Shown here: positions 1 through 12,839 of the stretch, piece by piece
Numbering within the stretch: the stretch's first letter is position 1
Layout of the letters: each line of letters starts with the position of its first letter
Assembly (NCBI RefSeq): GCF_001194135.2
Contig: NC_068985.1
Location: 40,502,646-40,566,645 of the forward strand
Direction of reading: 5' to 3'
Length of the DNA: 64,000 nucleotides
Source of the DNA: Octopus bimaculoides
Taxonomy: Eukaryota
The notes under the pieces: model-generated
Told to the model about the DNA's origin: nothing
The model's input: the letters and a program-made list of their open reading frames with translations, nothing else
The model's database searches: none
Program-made: the position numbers and the translations under genes

Positions 1-229
1 ATTCCATCATGTGTTACAGTTAGTTATATATTTATTATCAAAAGTCTATTGGTGTTAAATTACCGTTGATTTTTGTCGCAGGTTTTCCCTTTTGCAACTA
101 CCTTTATTGGTAAACTGTTTGAGAACCGTTAGTGTTTTTCCACACATTGTTGGCCTTCACAGGTTTGTTTCCCTTTGTTTTCCCCTGTTTAGGGGCAAAT
201 TGTTCATATTTTGTGTAGGGTGTGCCTAC

Positions 230-1235
230 ACAAAATGGAAGACAATATGTACAAGCTCTGGAAGAGCAACAGAAACTCGGAGTACACCAGCAATTCACGA
301 GAAAGCACTGAAGGATATGCAGCCGCTGCAAGAAGAGTTTGGAACGTTATAACAACAAACTGGAAGCCATAAAGAAATTTCAAACAATACTCCGGGGCAG
401 AGAGCTAACATAAGGTTAACTCCTGCCAAGGAGGTAATTGAGGAAATGAAGAGGAAAACAGTGATTTATAGGACACTATCGCTGAAGACTAAAAAGATAG
501 AAATAGCATCCATAGAAGAGGCAGAGAAGGCATTGAAGCTTATGTTCAAGCTAGTTTCCGTGAGACGCAGAAGGAAATATAGTCCTGTGGAGGCTTAGTT
601 TATAGCTGAGAGTGATGCCAGAGTTGACTCAGCAATCACCCTGCAGACCAATGAACTGGCTCTTTTGTCAGCAAAAGAACAACAGAAACAACAGTAGAAG
701 GGTTCACACCGGAAATTAAACCGACATGGCTCCTGGCAGCTACTTTCACCAACATAAAGGAGGAGGTGACACTTTGGGAGTTTGAGGAGAGAAGTGTCCA
801 GAATTGGTGTGGCAGTGACTAATGAGCAACGATTCAAACCACACCAGCAGACATTGACGTTATGCCGGAATTCGTGATTTAACGAAGTTAAAAGTCACTG
901 TACGGAGCAGAATTCCAAAGTGCGTCGGGTGCGGACAGAAGGGGCACATAAGAAAAACGTGCCCCCAGGCCCTACAACCTGAAGCACAGGGAGAAAGTCA
1001 GAAGGCCAGTGTGCAGCTGGAGAAAGTTGAAGAGGAGGTCCCAGGGGAGGAGAAGAAGCAGGAGGAGGTGATGGTGGAAAGAGAAATGGTCACGACAAAG
1101 GATGACACCGTTAACATCAACATCTACAGACGTAAGTGGCGGTGAATGGGAAGTTGCTGGGAGAAAGAGAAAGAAAAGCGCTCGTTCTCTCCCTCCCAAC
1201 AAACAAAAAAGTTAAAAACAAGAATACACAAACAA
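230..1235 (+). mobile_element. Degenerate non-LTR retrotransposon ORF1 (gag-like) remnant with CCHC zinc knuckle
   Basis: Manual translation from 888: LKVTVRSRIPKCVGCGQKGHIRKTCPQ (CX2CX4HX4C at 921-962), then an acidic/basic tail (EEVPGEEKKQEE; in another frame GEWEVAGRKRKKS). Upstream purine-rich protein-like frames are broken by stops and frameshifts. Confidence 0.7.
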
Positions 1236-1246
1236 GAACACACAAG

Positions 1247-1468
1247 CTGGCAGAATCGTTAGCACGCCGGGCGAAATGCTTAGCGGTATTTCGTCTGCCG
1301 TTACGTTCTGAGTTCAAATTCCGCCCAGGTCGACTTTGCCTTTCATCCTTTCGGAGTCGATAAATTAAGTACCAGTTACGCACTGAGGTCGATGTTATCG
1401 ACTTAATCCCTTTGTCTGTCCTTGTTTGTCCCCTCTATGTTTAGCCCCTTGTGGGCAATAAAGAAATG
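1247..1468 (+). mobile_element. tRNA-derived SINE (family A), young copy with target-site duplication
   Basis: A-box-like TGGCAGAATCG, B-box-like GAGTTCAAATTCC and central GCCTTTCATCCTTTCGGAGTCGATAAATTAAGTACCAG. Flanked by 12-bp direct repeat AGAACACACAAG (1235-1246 and 1469-1480). CpGs intact. Confidence 0.85.
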
Positions 1469-3519
1469 AGAACACACAAGAACAATTAACTAGAGACAAA
1501 TGAAAATTCCCCCAAAAGAAAAGAAACGATTAAAACTGCAGTGACTTCGCCAAGCAAAGAAAAAAAGAAAATAACTTTTTGAAAATTTATGTACGTTGTA
1601 AAAAATGTTCAATGATGTTACCTGGGTCGGGATACCAGGGTAACCATCATTTCATCTTTTTCATTATATAACCATTCATTTTTCATTGTTTATATCCCAC
1701 CCCACTTTGTAATGTCCTGTACTGTCCCCTCTTTGTTTAGTCCCTTCGTGGATAATAAAGAATCAACAGTTGATTCCATTGCTTCAGGGTCACACGGTTG
1801 ATGTTGTTACCCCTTCTCATACATTCTGCTTCCGCTACGACGAGATAGAAATTCGCAGTTTACGGCTATTTGACCCTTGTTCCTATACCAGTGCTTATGA
1901 AATAAGCAAATTACAAAACTTGACGAATTTACATGATAGGGGTCGATAATTTATCAACGATTCCATGAAAGAATCAACATCAGAAGTTTGCGACCTCCTG
2001 GCGCACGCTCACACACAGTGAAGCTTATCTTTATAAATGCATGCAGCTTTAACATCAATTTACGAATTACTATGTACGTGGAAGCTACAGGAATTATCAA
2101 AATAGACAACTTAACCTGCCTGATTATCAAGTACCACTTGATAATCAGGATAATTTTCAATCATCTACCTCGTATACATATGTTAGTTAATTCAAAACAG
2201 TGAGTAAGAACCAAAGAAATTTTGCTTCAATCGCGTTTAACTTCAAGAAAAAATAACCAAACTCCAAAACTGAACGGAATCTAAAATTAATTTTTTCTTC
2301 AGTCTAACAGTAAAAATCAAAACAATAAACTGATATTTCAAATTGTTGTAGAATGTTTAAGATCTATATATGAAAGAAAATATAATTATTTACTTGACTT
2401 TAATTTCATAGCTATACGTTTTTATGAGTACATCAGCATGTGTGTGTCTAAGTTTTTTCCTTATAGAAGAAGATTAAGTGATGGGGGGAAAAAATCAATT
2501 TTACTGGTAAACGTAGTAATCAGTTATTTTCTTAAAATGTTGACAAACATAATTCATTTGGGTAGATAATGTTATAAAATATTACTTTAAAAATGGATCC
2601 CTACTATTTAAACATTTTTGAAGTCTTGATGGGGTAAATTCTTAAGGAGCTTCATTTTTAAAAAATATTTTCGATATCTTGACAGATTATTTCATTCTTT
2701 AAAAATGTGCTATAAGGGATTCAACATGATTAGCTTTTTGACCAAGCACAAGGCCTTATTTTCATTCATACGAGTTACAATCGATCAAATTAAGGTAAGT
2801 ACCTAAAAGGTATGTACTTAATTAATCTGGTGGGAGTGATGCAACTAAATATTCAGTTTTAACTTTAGTACACAAGAGAACAATCTATTTGATTAACCTT
2901 AGTACTTGATTTTATTTTTATTGACCTCATAAAGCTAAAAACGACGTCGAAGGGATCTGAACAAGAGATGTAATTAAACACATCCAAGAATTTTTACCCG
3001 ATACTATACCGATTTTGATACGCCACGGCCAGCAAGAAGTTAATATAGAGGGAACTTTCGGAGTAGCTATCCCACATAATTCAGGTTTTTCGGGGAATGA
3101 GAAGATTCTAAGACTTTTTGAGATGCGTGACATTAAAAACATTTAGGAAATCGGGGGGGGGGGNNNNNNNNNNNNNNNNNNNNNNNNNNNNNNNNNNNNN
3201 NNNNNNNNNNNNNNNNNNNNNNNNNNNNNNNNNNGGGGGTCAGAGAAACTTTGACTTATGTAGGACAACTGAAAGTCCGCCAATACAGGTATTGATTTCT
3301 TTTGGATAGGCACAAACCTTCAGTTTTCTAAGGGTAGAAAAATAAAATGCTATGACTTACATGCTTTTCCAAAATAGGTCTTAACAACGTGAAATGAAAG
3401 GGAACGAATACCGGAGCATTCATACATTTATCATTATAGTTCTGCTTGCCTCATTTTCCCCCTATATATATATATAATATATATAGAGAGAGAGATAGAG
3501 AGGGGGGTATGTTTATGGG

Positions 3520-3566
<47 letters not shown>

Positions 3567-3729
3567 AACAAACATTCTTTTTTTCCCTCTATACCCCAAA
3601 ACTGAAATTCCTAGCAGCAGACTAGACCCATCGAGTTTTTTTCCCCCTTATGCTGTTTGTAGCATCACATGAATTATATCTGAAAGGATTAAAATGACTG
3701 TACTAAATGAATGGAAAGTTAAAAGATAA

Positions 3730-3985
3730 ATGGCACACACACACACATACGATTATTCTTTTAACTTTCCATATATATGTGAAAAGTTAACAGAAAGCTA
3801 TGAAAGTTATATATATATAAATTATCTTTTCACATATACATAATTATCTGTTAACTTTAAATATATATAATTATTAACTTTATATATATAATTATCCGCT
3901 AACTTTATATAACTGTTAACTTTATATATACAATTATTTGTTAACTTTAGACATACAATTATCTGTTAACCTTTTATATATATTA
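3730..3985. repeat. AT-rich minisatellite (~25-bp unit, TAATTATCTGTTAACTTTATATATA-like)
   Basis: TTATCTGTTAACTTT-like motifs recur several times, separated by (TA)n. Confidence 0.6.
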
Positions 3986-4181
3986 TGGGAGAGGAATCAA
4001 ATTTGGAAAATAATTTAACTTTTCAACGAATCCAGGAATTTGTGCGTGTGCGCGTAAAGTTTTGGATTGTTATTTTTCGTTTATACTCACAATATTACCA
4101 AATATTATCCAGAGTGAAATAACGATATAGCATTGCCCTGTATAAAGTAGTTTTTCACTATCCTGTTTATTGAAGCCTTAC

Positions 4182-4227
4182 CTCGCCCCTTTCTACATCG
4201 TTGTAAGAAAATTGTCAGCCACAGGTG
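4182..4227 (-). other. Candidate 46-nt exon of a divergent minus-strand transcript
   Basis: Minus strand reads cttacctacttttctgaaacctcccag|CACCTGTGGC...AGGGGCGAG|gtaagg, i.e. good polypyrimidine acceptor and donor. No coding assignment possible. Confidence 0.35.
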
Positions 4228-4504
4228 CTGGGAGGTTTCAGAAAAGTAGGTAAGGTAATGGAGACGAGATATATATATATTAACAGCTACATTTGATAAA
4301 TATGCTTTAACTCAGACAAACCAATTCAACAATAAGTAACTACATTTGAAGTGAGTGGAGTTTTGTATTGATTTCTCAGGAATAAAGAAACAAGGCCGCC
4401 ACTTCTGTTTTCTCTTTATATAACGAAAGGAGGGAATGAAATTGATTGAAATTGTCAAAGTAATATGACTGGTGGTTATAACTACATCAATGCACGGGGT
4501 TTGG

Positions 4505-4870
4505 GGGAAATGCTTCTCAGAATGTAGAGGGTTAGCAAGAGTATATTTAGTGCATTACTTGTAATTTCATAGACACCCAGATGGAATTTTCTCTCAGAAT
4601 GTAGAAGATTAGCAACAGTAATAATATTCAGGATATTACTGATCGTTATTTAATCTATTCACTACAATGTGATTCTTCTCAGAATATAGATAATCAACTG
4701 TGTATTCACTGGTTATTTCATACACCCACCTTAGTAGAATTTCCTCTCTAAATGTAGAAGGTTAATCAAAGTAAATATTGCTGGCGGTTACTTCACGAAC
4801 TACTCGATAAAAATTTCTTCAGAATGAAGAGGGTTAATCATAGTAATAATCAATATCTTACTGATCGACT
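4505..4870. repeat. Degenerate tandem repeat, ~5 units of 70-85 bp
   Basis: Motif TTCTCAGAATGTAGA(G/A)GGTTA recurs near 4514, 4592, 4676, 4745 and 4817. Confidence 0.6.
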
Positions 4871-5399
4871 TCATCCACATCCAGAAAAGATTTCAACTTG
4901 GAAAACAGGCAAAACACTAAATACAAATACTTGAACATGTGAACAGAAATATCAATTTTTGTTTGGAAAAGGAGAAGACAGAAAAAAAAAGTTTATTATT
5001 TTTGTTTCTTTTTGCTTTTCGCATCTTTAAAGAAAAATAATCAAAATCGGTGAATAACTGATATTCATTCAGCTTCATAGATAAACCGCAGAATAATGAA
5101 AGAAAACCAAAAAGAAAAAAACTTTATTCCATTTTCGTTTTCTTTAAAAGAACATAGCACACAAATTGTTAGAAGCTTCTTTTATTTTACCTTGTTTCAA
5201 AAGAAAAGTCTGTTTTGTTTTTCTTCTCTTAAAGAGAAATTAGAAGAAAAAAAATTTGAATGATATAGAAAGTAAAATAAAAGAAATTAAAAGAAGTTTT
5301 ACCTTAACTTTGGGCAAAAAAGAAAATATTTTCGGTTGACGTTTGTTTTTTAGGGGGTTATCTCTCTCTCTTTTTCCAGTATATATGAATGAATTTTCG

Positions 5400-5965
5400 A
5401 AAGAAGTAATCAACGTGGAAAACAACCCGGCAAAACTACAATAAACATGCTTCCCTTATCCCGCCATGAGCTGGACTAAACAGTGTCAACTAGGAGAAAT
5501 GTTAGTTATGGTCGTCTGCATCAAAATTTTGTGTTCGGCGAGCAACTGGTTAAGTTTGTCTGCCTTAATCAAAGCTAACCCTACCAGCGATATCTAATAA
5601 CCAAATTTCATTCAATTTTGTTCTTCTTTTACTATCTTTTTCTTTAATTTTTCTCTTTTTTTAAAGTTTTATATTTATATTAAATTTATACTGATTCCTT
5701 CTTTCAGTTTCCGACTCTCCTTTAGAGTCGCAAATCCCCAGGTGGTTGTTTTTGCAAAGCAACAATGACAGAATTTAAAACAATTTTTTCGAAAAATCAT
5801 CATTAAAATAACTTTTATTACGCAAACTTTAACAAACTGTCTGAAATGAAGAAAAAAGTTGCAAGGACTTCAGTGCAAGTTTGCGGAAGAATCAGGCGTA
5901 TGAATACAAATCTCTGTATATGTAATATGTGTGTGTTGCGGTAAAGTATTTTGCTTCCGGTATTC
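5400..5965. promoter_or_regulatory. Putative (bidirectional) promoter region
   Basis: CpG-retaining sequence just upstream of the start exon. ETS-like GCGGAAG (5883) and CTTCCGG (5954), and CCGCCATG at 5461. Confidence 0.4.
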
Positions 5966-6108
5966 ACATGTCAACTTGTTCATCAGATTCTGAAATACTT
6001 AATACCTTGCATGTCTCTGAAGTTGAACCTATTATTTAGTTAATTTGTTTACCAATAAGACATTTGATTTATCTGTCTGCTTCAGGAACACATGATCATT
6101 AGTATACA

Positions 6109-6121
6109 ATGGAAGAAGTGG
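6109..6121 (+). CDS. First coding exon (MEEV + phase-1 G) of a large-intron gene; exon probably 6086-6121
   Basis: Acceptor tctgtctgcttcag|6086. ATG in strong context (acaATGG). Donor G|gtaagt at 6122. Phase matches the exon at 39089. Confidence 0.55.
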
Positions 6122-9100
6122 GTAAGTCGAGTCTTATCTAAATACAGTTTCAATTTTTTTCCTCTCTACATAGTGTCTTTTGCTTCCATAGGTAACGATA
6201 TCGGATTGATTACTACAAATATAATGATTTTGACACAAGATTATCAATTTTAGGGAAAGGTATAATAATTTAAATTGACCTAGTATTTGCCTCTTATTTA
6301 ATCGAAGAGTAGATGAAAGATAAAGGCGATTTTGATAGAATGTGCTATTAGTTAATAAAGATATATTGCATCACCAAAGACATAGTCTTCGGTCTTACTT
6401 CTGCGATCTTCCTAGTAATAAATATCACTTGTCAGTTTCTTACGAACCCCTATTTAATAGTAATTAGATATCAAATGCTTTTTTTTTTATTTCAATGCTA
6501 TTATTTTTGTACGTTTTGTTTTGTCAGACCCTGAAAAAAGATATTGCGATTGAGAGTTATCAATCACCTCAGCTGGGGTATTAATGAATGATAAAAAAAA
6601 AATTAATTAATAGCTTTCGTTAAGATAAGGTAGGTGGCTAAAGAAACCAGCATCCTTAAAAGACACGCCTTCTTTTAAAGAAAACGATTGTATTTCAAGG
6701 TACAAGTGGTTGAAGAAAATAACAGGACATCAGCTGTATTGAAAACAATTCGTTCTATTAACATTCTATGTTATGTTGTAACTTTCATTATATGCCTTAA
6801 AAGAATATCTTTTTATTTTAAATTTCATAATTTTGATTACATTAAGGGGGTTTTGATGTTGGTTTTGGTTTACTTGTTTGTTAAATTTATTTTAAATCCT
6901 TATCCAGTCATACTTTACTATTGGCGGGAGATGATGTGAAATCCAAAATTACGAGTTTTTTTTTACTTCATTATTGTTCTTATCACATGGTGAAATACCA
7001 ATTAGTTTCATTAATTATAGATTTGATTGAGAAGTTTATTACCTATTTTTTCAATGTATTAGTTTTCCGAAAGGGAAAACAAAAATGATACTCTCAGAGA
7101 ATGTTGAAGATGAGTTAACAGTCTTGAATAGAGCGCTACCGAATCCAAAAATCAAGTCTTCAGCAACATTATAGGTAGAGAGGGAGAGAGAGAGAAAAAA
7201 GAAAGAAAATCTAGATTTCAAATTCAGTCCTTTGAATAGTTTACCAAGTAAAACAGAAAATTAATGTATGATAGTCAATGCCAGTAATAGCAATCAATTT
7301 ATCGTCATTCATTCATTCGTTCATTCATTTGAGAGACAACTGCTAAAAAAAAAAAAAAGAAGCCGTTTCTGGCTTGTTCTTATTCATTCAGAATTTATTG
7401 TAGCTTGAAAACTACAGTATTTCTAATATCACTATATAATAACCCTGAGCCCAATAACAAAACTATATAATAATGAGGATAATAAATTCGGGAATATTCT
7501 ACCGACGTGTTATCTCTACAAGTCTCCACCGGACTTTCGAACGAACCCTCCAAATTTCTTCATTCTTCAAGTTCTCTCTTCCTTTTTCATTATTAGTTTT
7601 ATTCATTATTTACATTGTGTGTTGTTGCATAGTCCCAAGTGCACCTATAACCAAATTTTCTCCAGTCATGTTCACCCTGTCTTTTATTCTTCAAACATAC
7701 TGTGCCTATCACTACATTAACTATTATATGCGCCCTTCTTTTTCTTAGCACGATAGGACATGATTTTTTTTTTTTTTAATGAGATTTAGTGCTGTTTCTA
7801 ACAGGTTTAGGGACCTTGTATTGTAGAAGCTCCCTCATTGGTTCGTGTGCGTGTGTGCGTGCGCGCTCGTGTACATTCTTTTTAATGTTTTCCATGTAAA
7901 ACTGTTTCTATCGCTTCAGTCATTTATTTTTCATAAGTATTGTTACGTGTTCTTTTTCATGCTCTCATTGCAATTAAAGAAATCCTTTGCCTGGCATATC
8001 GCTGGAGTCGAGAAAATTAGATACCAGTCTTGCATTCAGATTCAAAATCTATATCTTTCTCTTATAAATTTTCGAGATAATGGCAAGAAAAATTTCGATT
8101 AAAAGAAATATCTATCTAAACGGTAGAGCACTGGATTATATATTTACTATCGAAACTGTAAATTCGAGAAGGAAAACGCTTCTTTCTCGGACGAAGAAGT
8201 CAGACCGAGACGTTAAATTTCTCATCTTCACAACAAGCTAGTTTATCGAATTCAATGAATTTTAATACATGATAAACTGTTCGGTTTGATCCCTCTATTG
8301 TTTGAGTTCAAATCCTACTGGAATCGACTTTTTATTTCACTTCTAGGGCCAATCAAATAGGTAACAGTCCCGTGTACTAAATACCAATTCAGTTAACTAC
8401 GCTCACACCCCTTGGGAATTTACGACTTGCCACTATAAGGAATCCCTATTATCAGTTATTACTATTGCAGTAGGCATGAATATCATAACTTCTGGTTTAT
8501 GACGTCTGTTCTAATAAATCTGAAGTTTTATTGCTACGTTTAAAAAAATTTATAAGAATTGATTCCCTATGGCTAAGACGAGTAATAATTAGTGAAAGAC
8601 CTGAATATATTTCTGGTACGTTTAGTTTCAGGTCATCACTGACTGAGCAAGTGTGTTCCCGTTTTTTTAAGAGTATCAGAGACTACGTTTTTCTAATACA
8701 TCCTTTCTTTTTTTTTTTTAACAATTTCTAGCAGGTTTAGTGACCACGTTGAAGTTCCCCATTGAACACCTAGAGATTTTAACCAAAATATAGAGAGGTC
8801 AAACTAAATACCATGTGACATCTAATTTAACGCTGTTGTTTCTATCACTGCTCATTAAAACTTATGTAAGAAATCATGTTGAGCCACCAACCCTGATTCA
8901 GCAAGGATATTGATTGTCCTCTCTTTTTAGTCTTTGCTAAGACTACAGTGTTCTTTGCGAGTTTTCCTGATGGCAAGAGGTAATCTAATAGACGACTCGT
9001 TGCTATTTCTAGCAGATTGAGTAATCATATATTGGTTTCCTTGTCTGCTCATCATTATTGTTGTTGATCCCTGTGCTGTCTTCCTTTGAGCAGGAAGAGC

Positions 9101-9529
9101 AAGCAATATTTCTCTGCCTGGTGCCATGAATAAACAATTTTATAAGGAACAGCATTGAAAGATCACCACCTATGTGGCTAAGTTTTGATTTGAGTAATGA
9201 AGGATTGTGTTTACTGTCCAGTGGATTTGTTGAAAAGTAGATGAGACAGGTAAGAATGGCCTTTGCAAATGAGCCTAGTTAGCATGCACTTGTAGGCCTG
9301 AGAAGAAAGGTGCAAGAAGACACCCTTGGCAGTTTAGGGTAATGTTGAGTCTGTGGGGTTCCTAGATTGGCTCTAGGTGGCTGTCCTTTTTATTGGGGCA
9401 TCTCATTTCATTCCTTTTGTATATTTTGTTTTCAGTGTTTTCACAAGTGATCCTGTGCAGACTTCCTGCAATTAGAAGAAAAAAAATTTCCTTATAATGT
9501 CCCTCATTAATTATACTTCTAGCAACAGT

Positions 9530-9900
9530 GAGCTGCTGGCAGAATCACTAGAACATTGGGGAAAATGCATTACAATGTTTCTGCTTTTTTTCTTCACATT
9601 GAGTTCAGTTCCTTCCACTTCAGCTTTGCTTTTCATTCCTCTAAGGTCAATAAAATAAAGTAGCAGTTAAGTGTCAAGGCTGGTATACTCAGCAAAAAAA
9701 CTGCCCACAAAATTACTGACATTGTTTCTAATACCTAGCAGGATTTCTTTGGTTTTACATTCTGAAGTCAACTTTGTCTTTCATCCTTTCAGGGTCAGTA
9801 GAATAAGTACCAGTAGAGTACTGTGGTCAATGTAATCAACTGCCCACCTTTGTAAACAATTTCAGGTCTTGGCCCTATAGTTGAAAGAATTGTGACTAGT
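9530..9900 (+). mobile_element. Two decayed family-A SINE copies
   Basis: tggcagaatcactag, ctttcatcctttcagggtcagtagaataagtaccag and tail ttcaggtcttggccctatagttgaaag. CpGs converted to TpG/CpA. Confidence 0.6.
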
Positions 9901-10284
9901 ATAGTTATTGTATGGATTGTTACTGTTTATATTTTCTGCTGCATTGCTTGGAATTCTGAAACCTTAATAAATACAACCTTGATAGTAATCCCTAGATAAC
10001 CGCATAGATGATGTATAAAAGTGTATTTGTTTTTTATTATATTATGTGTAAAATGTACAAGTGTGTATTACTATTTACAGGCATATACATGTATGTATAA
10101 TGGTTATGTGTGTGTATGTGTGATATATATGCATTTATGTGTGTATATATTTATCTGTATGTAAATATATATGCATATGTATGTACATATATACAATACA
10201 TGCAGTCATGTATAATATGGGCATTAATCTGCATGTGCACATATGCATGCATATATATAAGTATATGCATATATAAGTGTATGC

Positions 10285-10287
<3 letters not shown>

Positions 10288-10340
<53 letters not shown>
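10288..10340. repeat. (TA)n microsatellite within a TA/TG-rich low-complexity block
   Basis: Perfect TA run visible in the sequence. Confidence 0.95.
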
Positions 10341-10363
<23 letters not shown>

Positions 10364-10905
10364 TTAGTCTTATAAAAATAATTTGTTTCTAATCCCAAAA
10401 TGATGTAATGTACCAAGGAATATTTTTTAATTCAATATATGAGACTTTATACATGCTCACACACACACACACATGCACATTTTATCATTTTGTTAAGGCC
10501 CAAAACAGTTAATAACTCTTCTCCAGATGAATGTACACTATCACCATAGGTTAATTTCTTCCCTTTTATGAAACTGCGGACTGCCACATGCCTGCTCCAA
10601 TTTTCTCTGTATACATATATATGTGAAAATCTCTACATATTGTATATCAAACATCTGAAAAGTAACAGGAAATTTTGTCAGCATTTATACTTTACATCCA
10701 GCTAAATACCACCACTACCACTACTTCAAAAAATTATGCAGTTTGTGTAAACAATTTTCATATTATCAAAAAATAAAACTCAGCAGAAACAAGTATAATA
10801 ATAGCATATCACTAAAGGTTTCATTTTGTTTTCCATATCATATGTTTTTGTCTTTTGATAAAAACATTGATCTTATGTAATCTTTTAATGTACCTGATGA
10901 TATTT

Positions 10906-11090
10906 GTAGGCATGGCTGTGTGGTAAGAAGTTTGCTTCCTAACCACATGGTTCTGGGTTCAGCCCCATTGCATGGTACTTTGGGCAAGTGTCTTCTATTA
11001 TAGCCTCGGGCTGACCAAAGCCTTATAAGGGGATTTGGTAGATGGAAACTTAGCAGTTCGGCAAAAGAGACTGATAGAATAAAAGTATTA
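10906..11090 (+). mobile_element. tRNA/CORE-type SINE (family B), internally deleted
   Basis: Head gtaggcatggctgtgtggtaagaag...gggttcagcccc and CORE-like ctttgggcaagtgtcttcta. Joins directly to the 3' part cttagcagttcggcaaaagagac. Confidence 0.75.
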
Positions 11091-11591
11091 TTATAGTTAC
11101 AATAAATGTATTATTAATTACACTGAAAATATAAAAAATGAGTCTAATTTAATGTGCTAATAATTTTAATGAACTAAGTATTATAACATTGATGTGATGC
11201 TTACTGTATACCTACTTTTGCACACACCACCTGTATGTGTGTATATAGATATACACACACACACACATATATATACATATATGTATACACACACACATAT
11301 ATACACACACACACATGTATGCATATATACACACACACACACACATATATATATAAGCTCTCCTCTAACATTCTAAATGTAAAATCATGTTTTACTACCA
11401 AATCATCTCACTAATTAATTAGAATTATAATTCTCACAAGTTCTCATTATCAGATCTCATGTCATAAACCTCCATTTTTGCATACATATATATTCATGTG
11501 TATAGACACTCACACATTCATACTTATATTAACAAGCTTAGATTTTTGGTGCACAGTACAGCGCATGTATTTTGTACACATATATACACAT

Positions 11592-11595
<4 letters not shown>

Positions 11596-11665
<70 letters not shown>
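11596..11665. repeat. Compound (TA)n(CA)n microsatellite
   Basis: Seen directly; part of a CA/TA-rich block spanning about 11230-12050. Confidence 0.95.
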
Positions 11666-11669
<4 letters not shown>

Positions 11670-12612
11670 CCATTATCACCTATTTACTTCATTGTATACC
11701 TTCCACAGATCACAAATTACTCAGACACCCAATAATGCACTTAAATATAAATCATACCGTACACACACTACATACATGCCTGATATCACATATGCACACA
11801 CCATATTGCAATGCATTTGCACACATTCACACAAAGTTATATAACCTGATACTACATTTGTAAACACTATATTTTCCATACTTAATACCATGACATGTTG
11901 ACACAGACACAGTGTATTTATACACTGAATAGCACTACATTGCATTAATATACATACATATACAACACAACACACTCACAAACCTCATATTACACACACA
12001 GTGCATACTACAAACACACACATAGTGTGATATACATGAATACAGGGGAAAATATTGAATACTTTTGACATCTTTATCATATGAATGGTTATAATTAAAT
12101 AAGAGCAGCACACATCACTTCCATAACCAACCCTATCCACTACCTTGACACCTCCCCCACCTCAGCTGATATCGTTTCCAATATTGGAATGATAATACGA
12201 AGCTTAGAAATATGACCGTGAATAACAAGAACGAAGATGTAGCATCTGAATAACATTTTTAGGTATTCTGCAAAAAAAAATATTTTAAAAATAACATTAA
12301 GAAAAAAAGTAACTGAAAATGTAACTTCAAAAACAAAGATGATTTTAAAACGGTTGCCTAGAAATGTCTAGTTTACATGTTTTTAATCATTTTTTTTTTT
12401 TTTAATTATATTTTACATAATAAGCAATTTCTACTGAGATATATTTTTAAATAACCAATTTCCTGAAATAAGGAATCATATCTTATTTTGTAAAGTAAAT
12501 AATTTTTAAAATGAAAAACTAGCACAAACATACTATCTTAAAGGTATCCAGAGTGACAATCATCTAACACACATAGTGTATCATTGTGGAACCAGGTTTC
12601 TCATTGATTTAA

Positions 12613-12830
12613 CCCTTTAGCATTCAGATTACTCTGTCAAGTGTAATACTTATTCCTTCACATTGATTTGAATTAGTCATGCATTATCTTGTAGCTTTGA
12701 AATTTTAACGACATGAGTATTTATTTTTGGAATAATATTGAAAGGTAAGTGTGAGAGGCCAGATTTGGTTAGTTTGAACATAAAACACAGAAAGTTTTGG
12801 CCAGATATAACCAGGTTAATTGCTAAAGGA
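12613..12830. mobile_element. piggyBac-type MITE (~220 bp), copy 1
   Basis: TTAA|CCCTTTAGCATT ... AATTGCTAAAGGA|TTAA. Inverted homologue at 21222-21444. Confidence 0.65.
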
Positions 12831-12839
12831 TTAAATAGA

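Noticed and set aside
5466-5597. ORF MSWTKQCQLGEMLVMVVCIKILCSASNW... in Kozak-like context
   Set aside because: 43 codons, no recognisable homology, and no convincing in-phase splice to downstream exons.
9221-9249. Exon-like segment ctgtccag|TGGATTTG...GAGACAG|gtaaga
   Set aside because: Stop codons in all three frames; lies in LINE-like debris.
10110-11975. ORFs rich in YI/HT/CV repeats (also 18405, 26617, 27037, 29902, 48757, 63449)
   Set aside because: Translations of (TA)n/(CA)n microsatellites.
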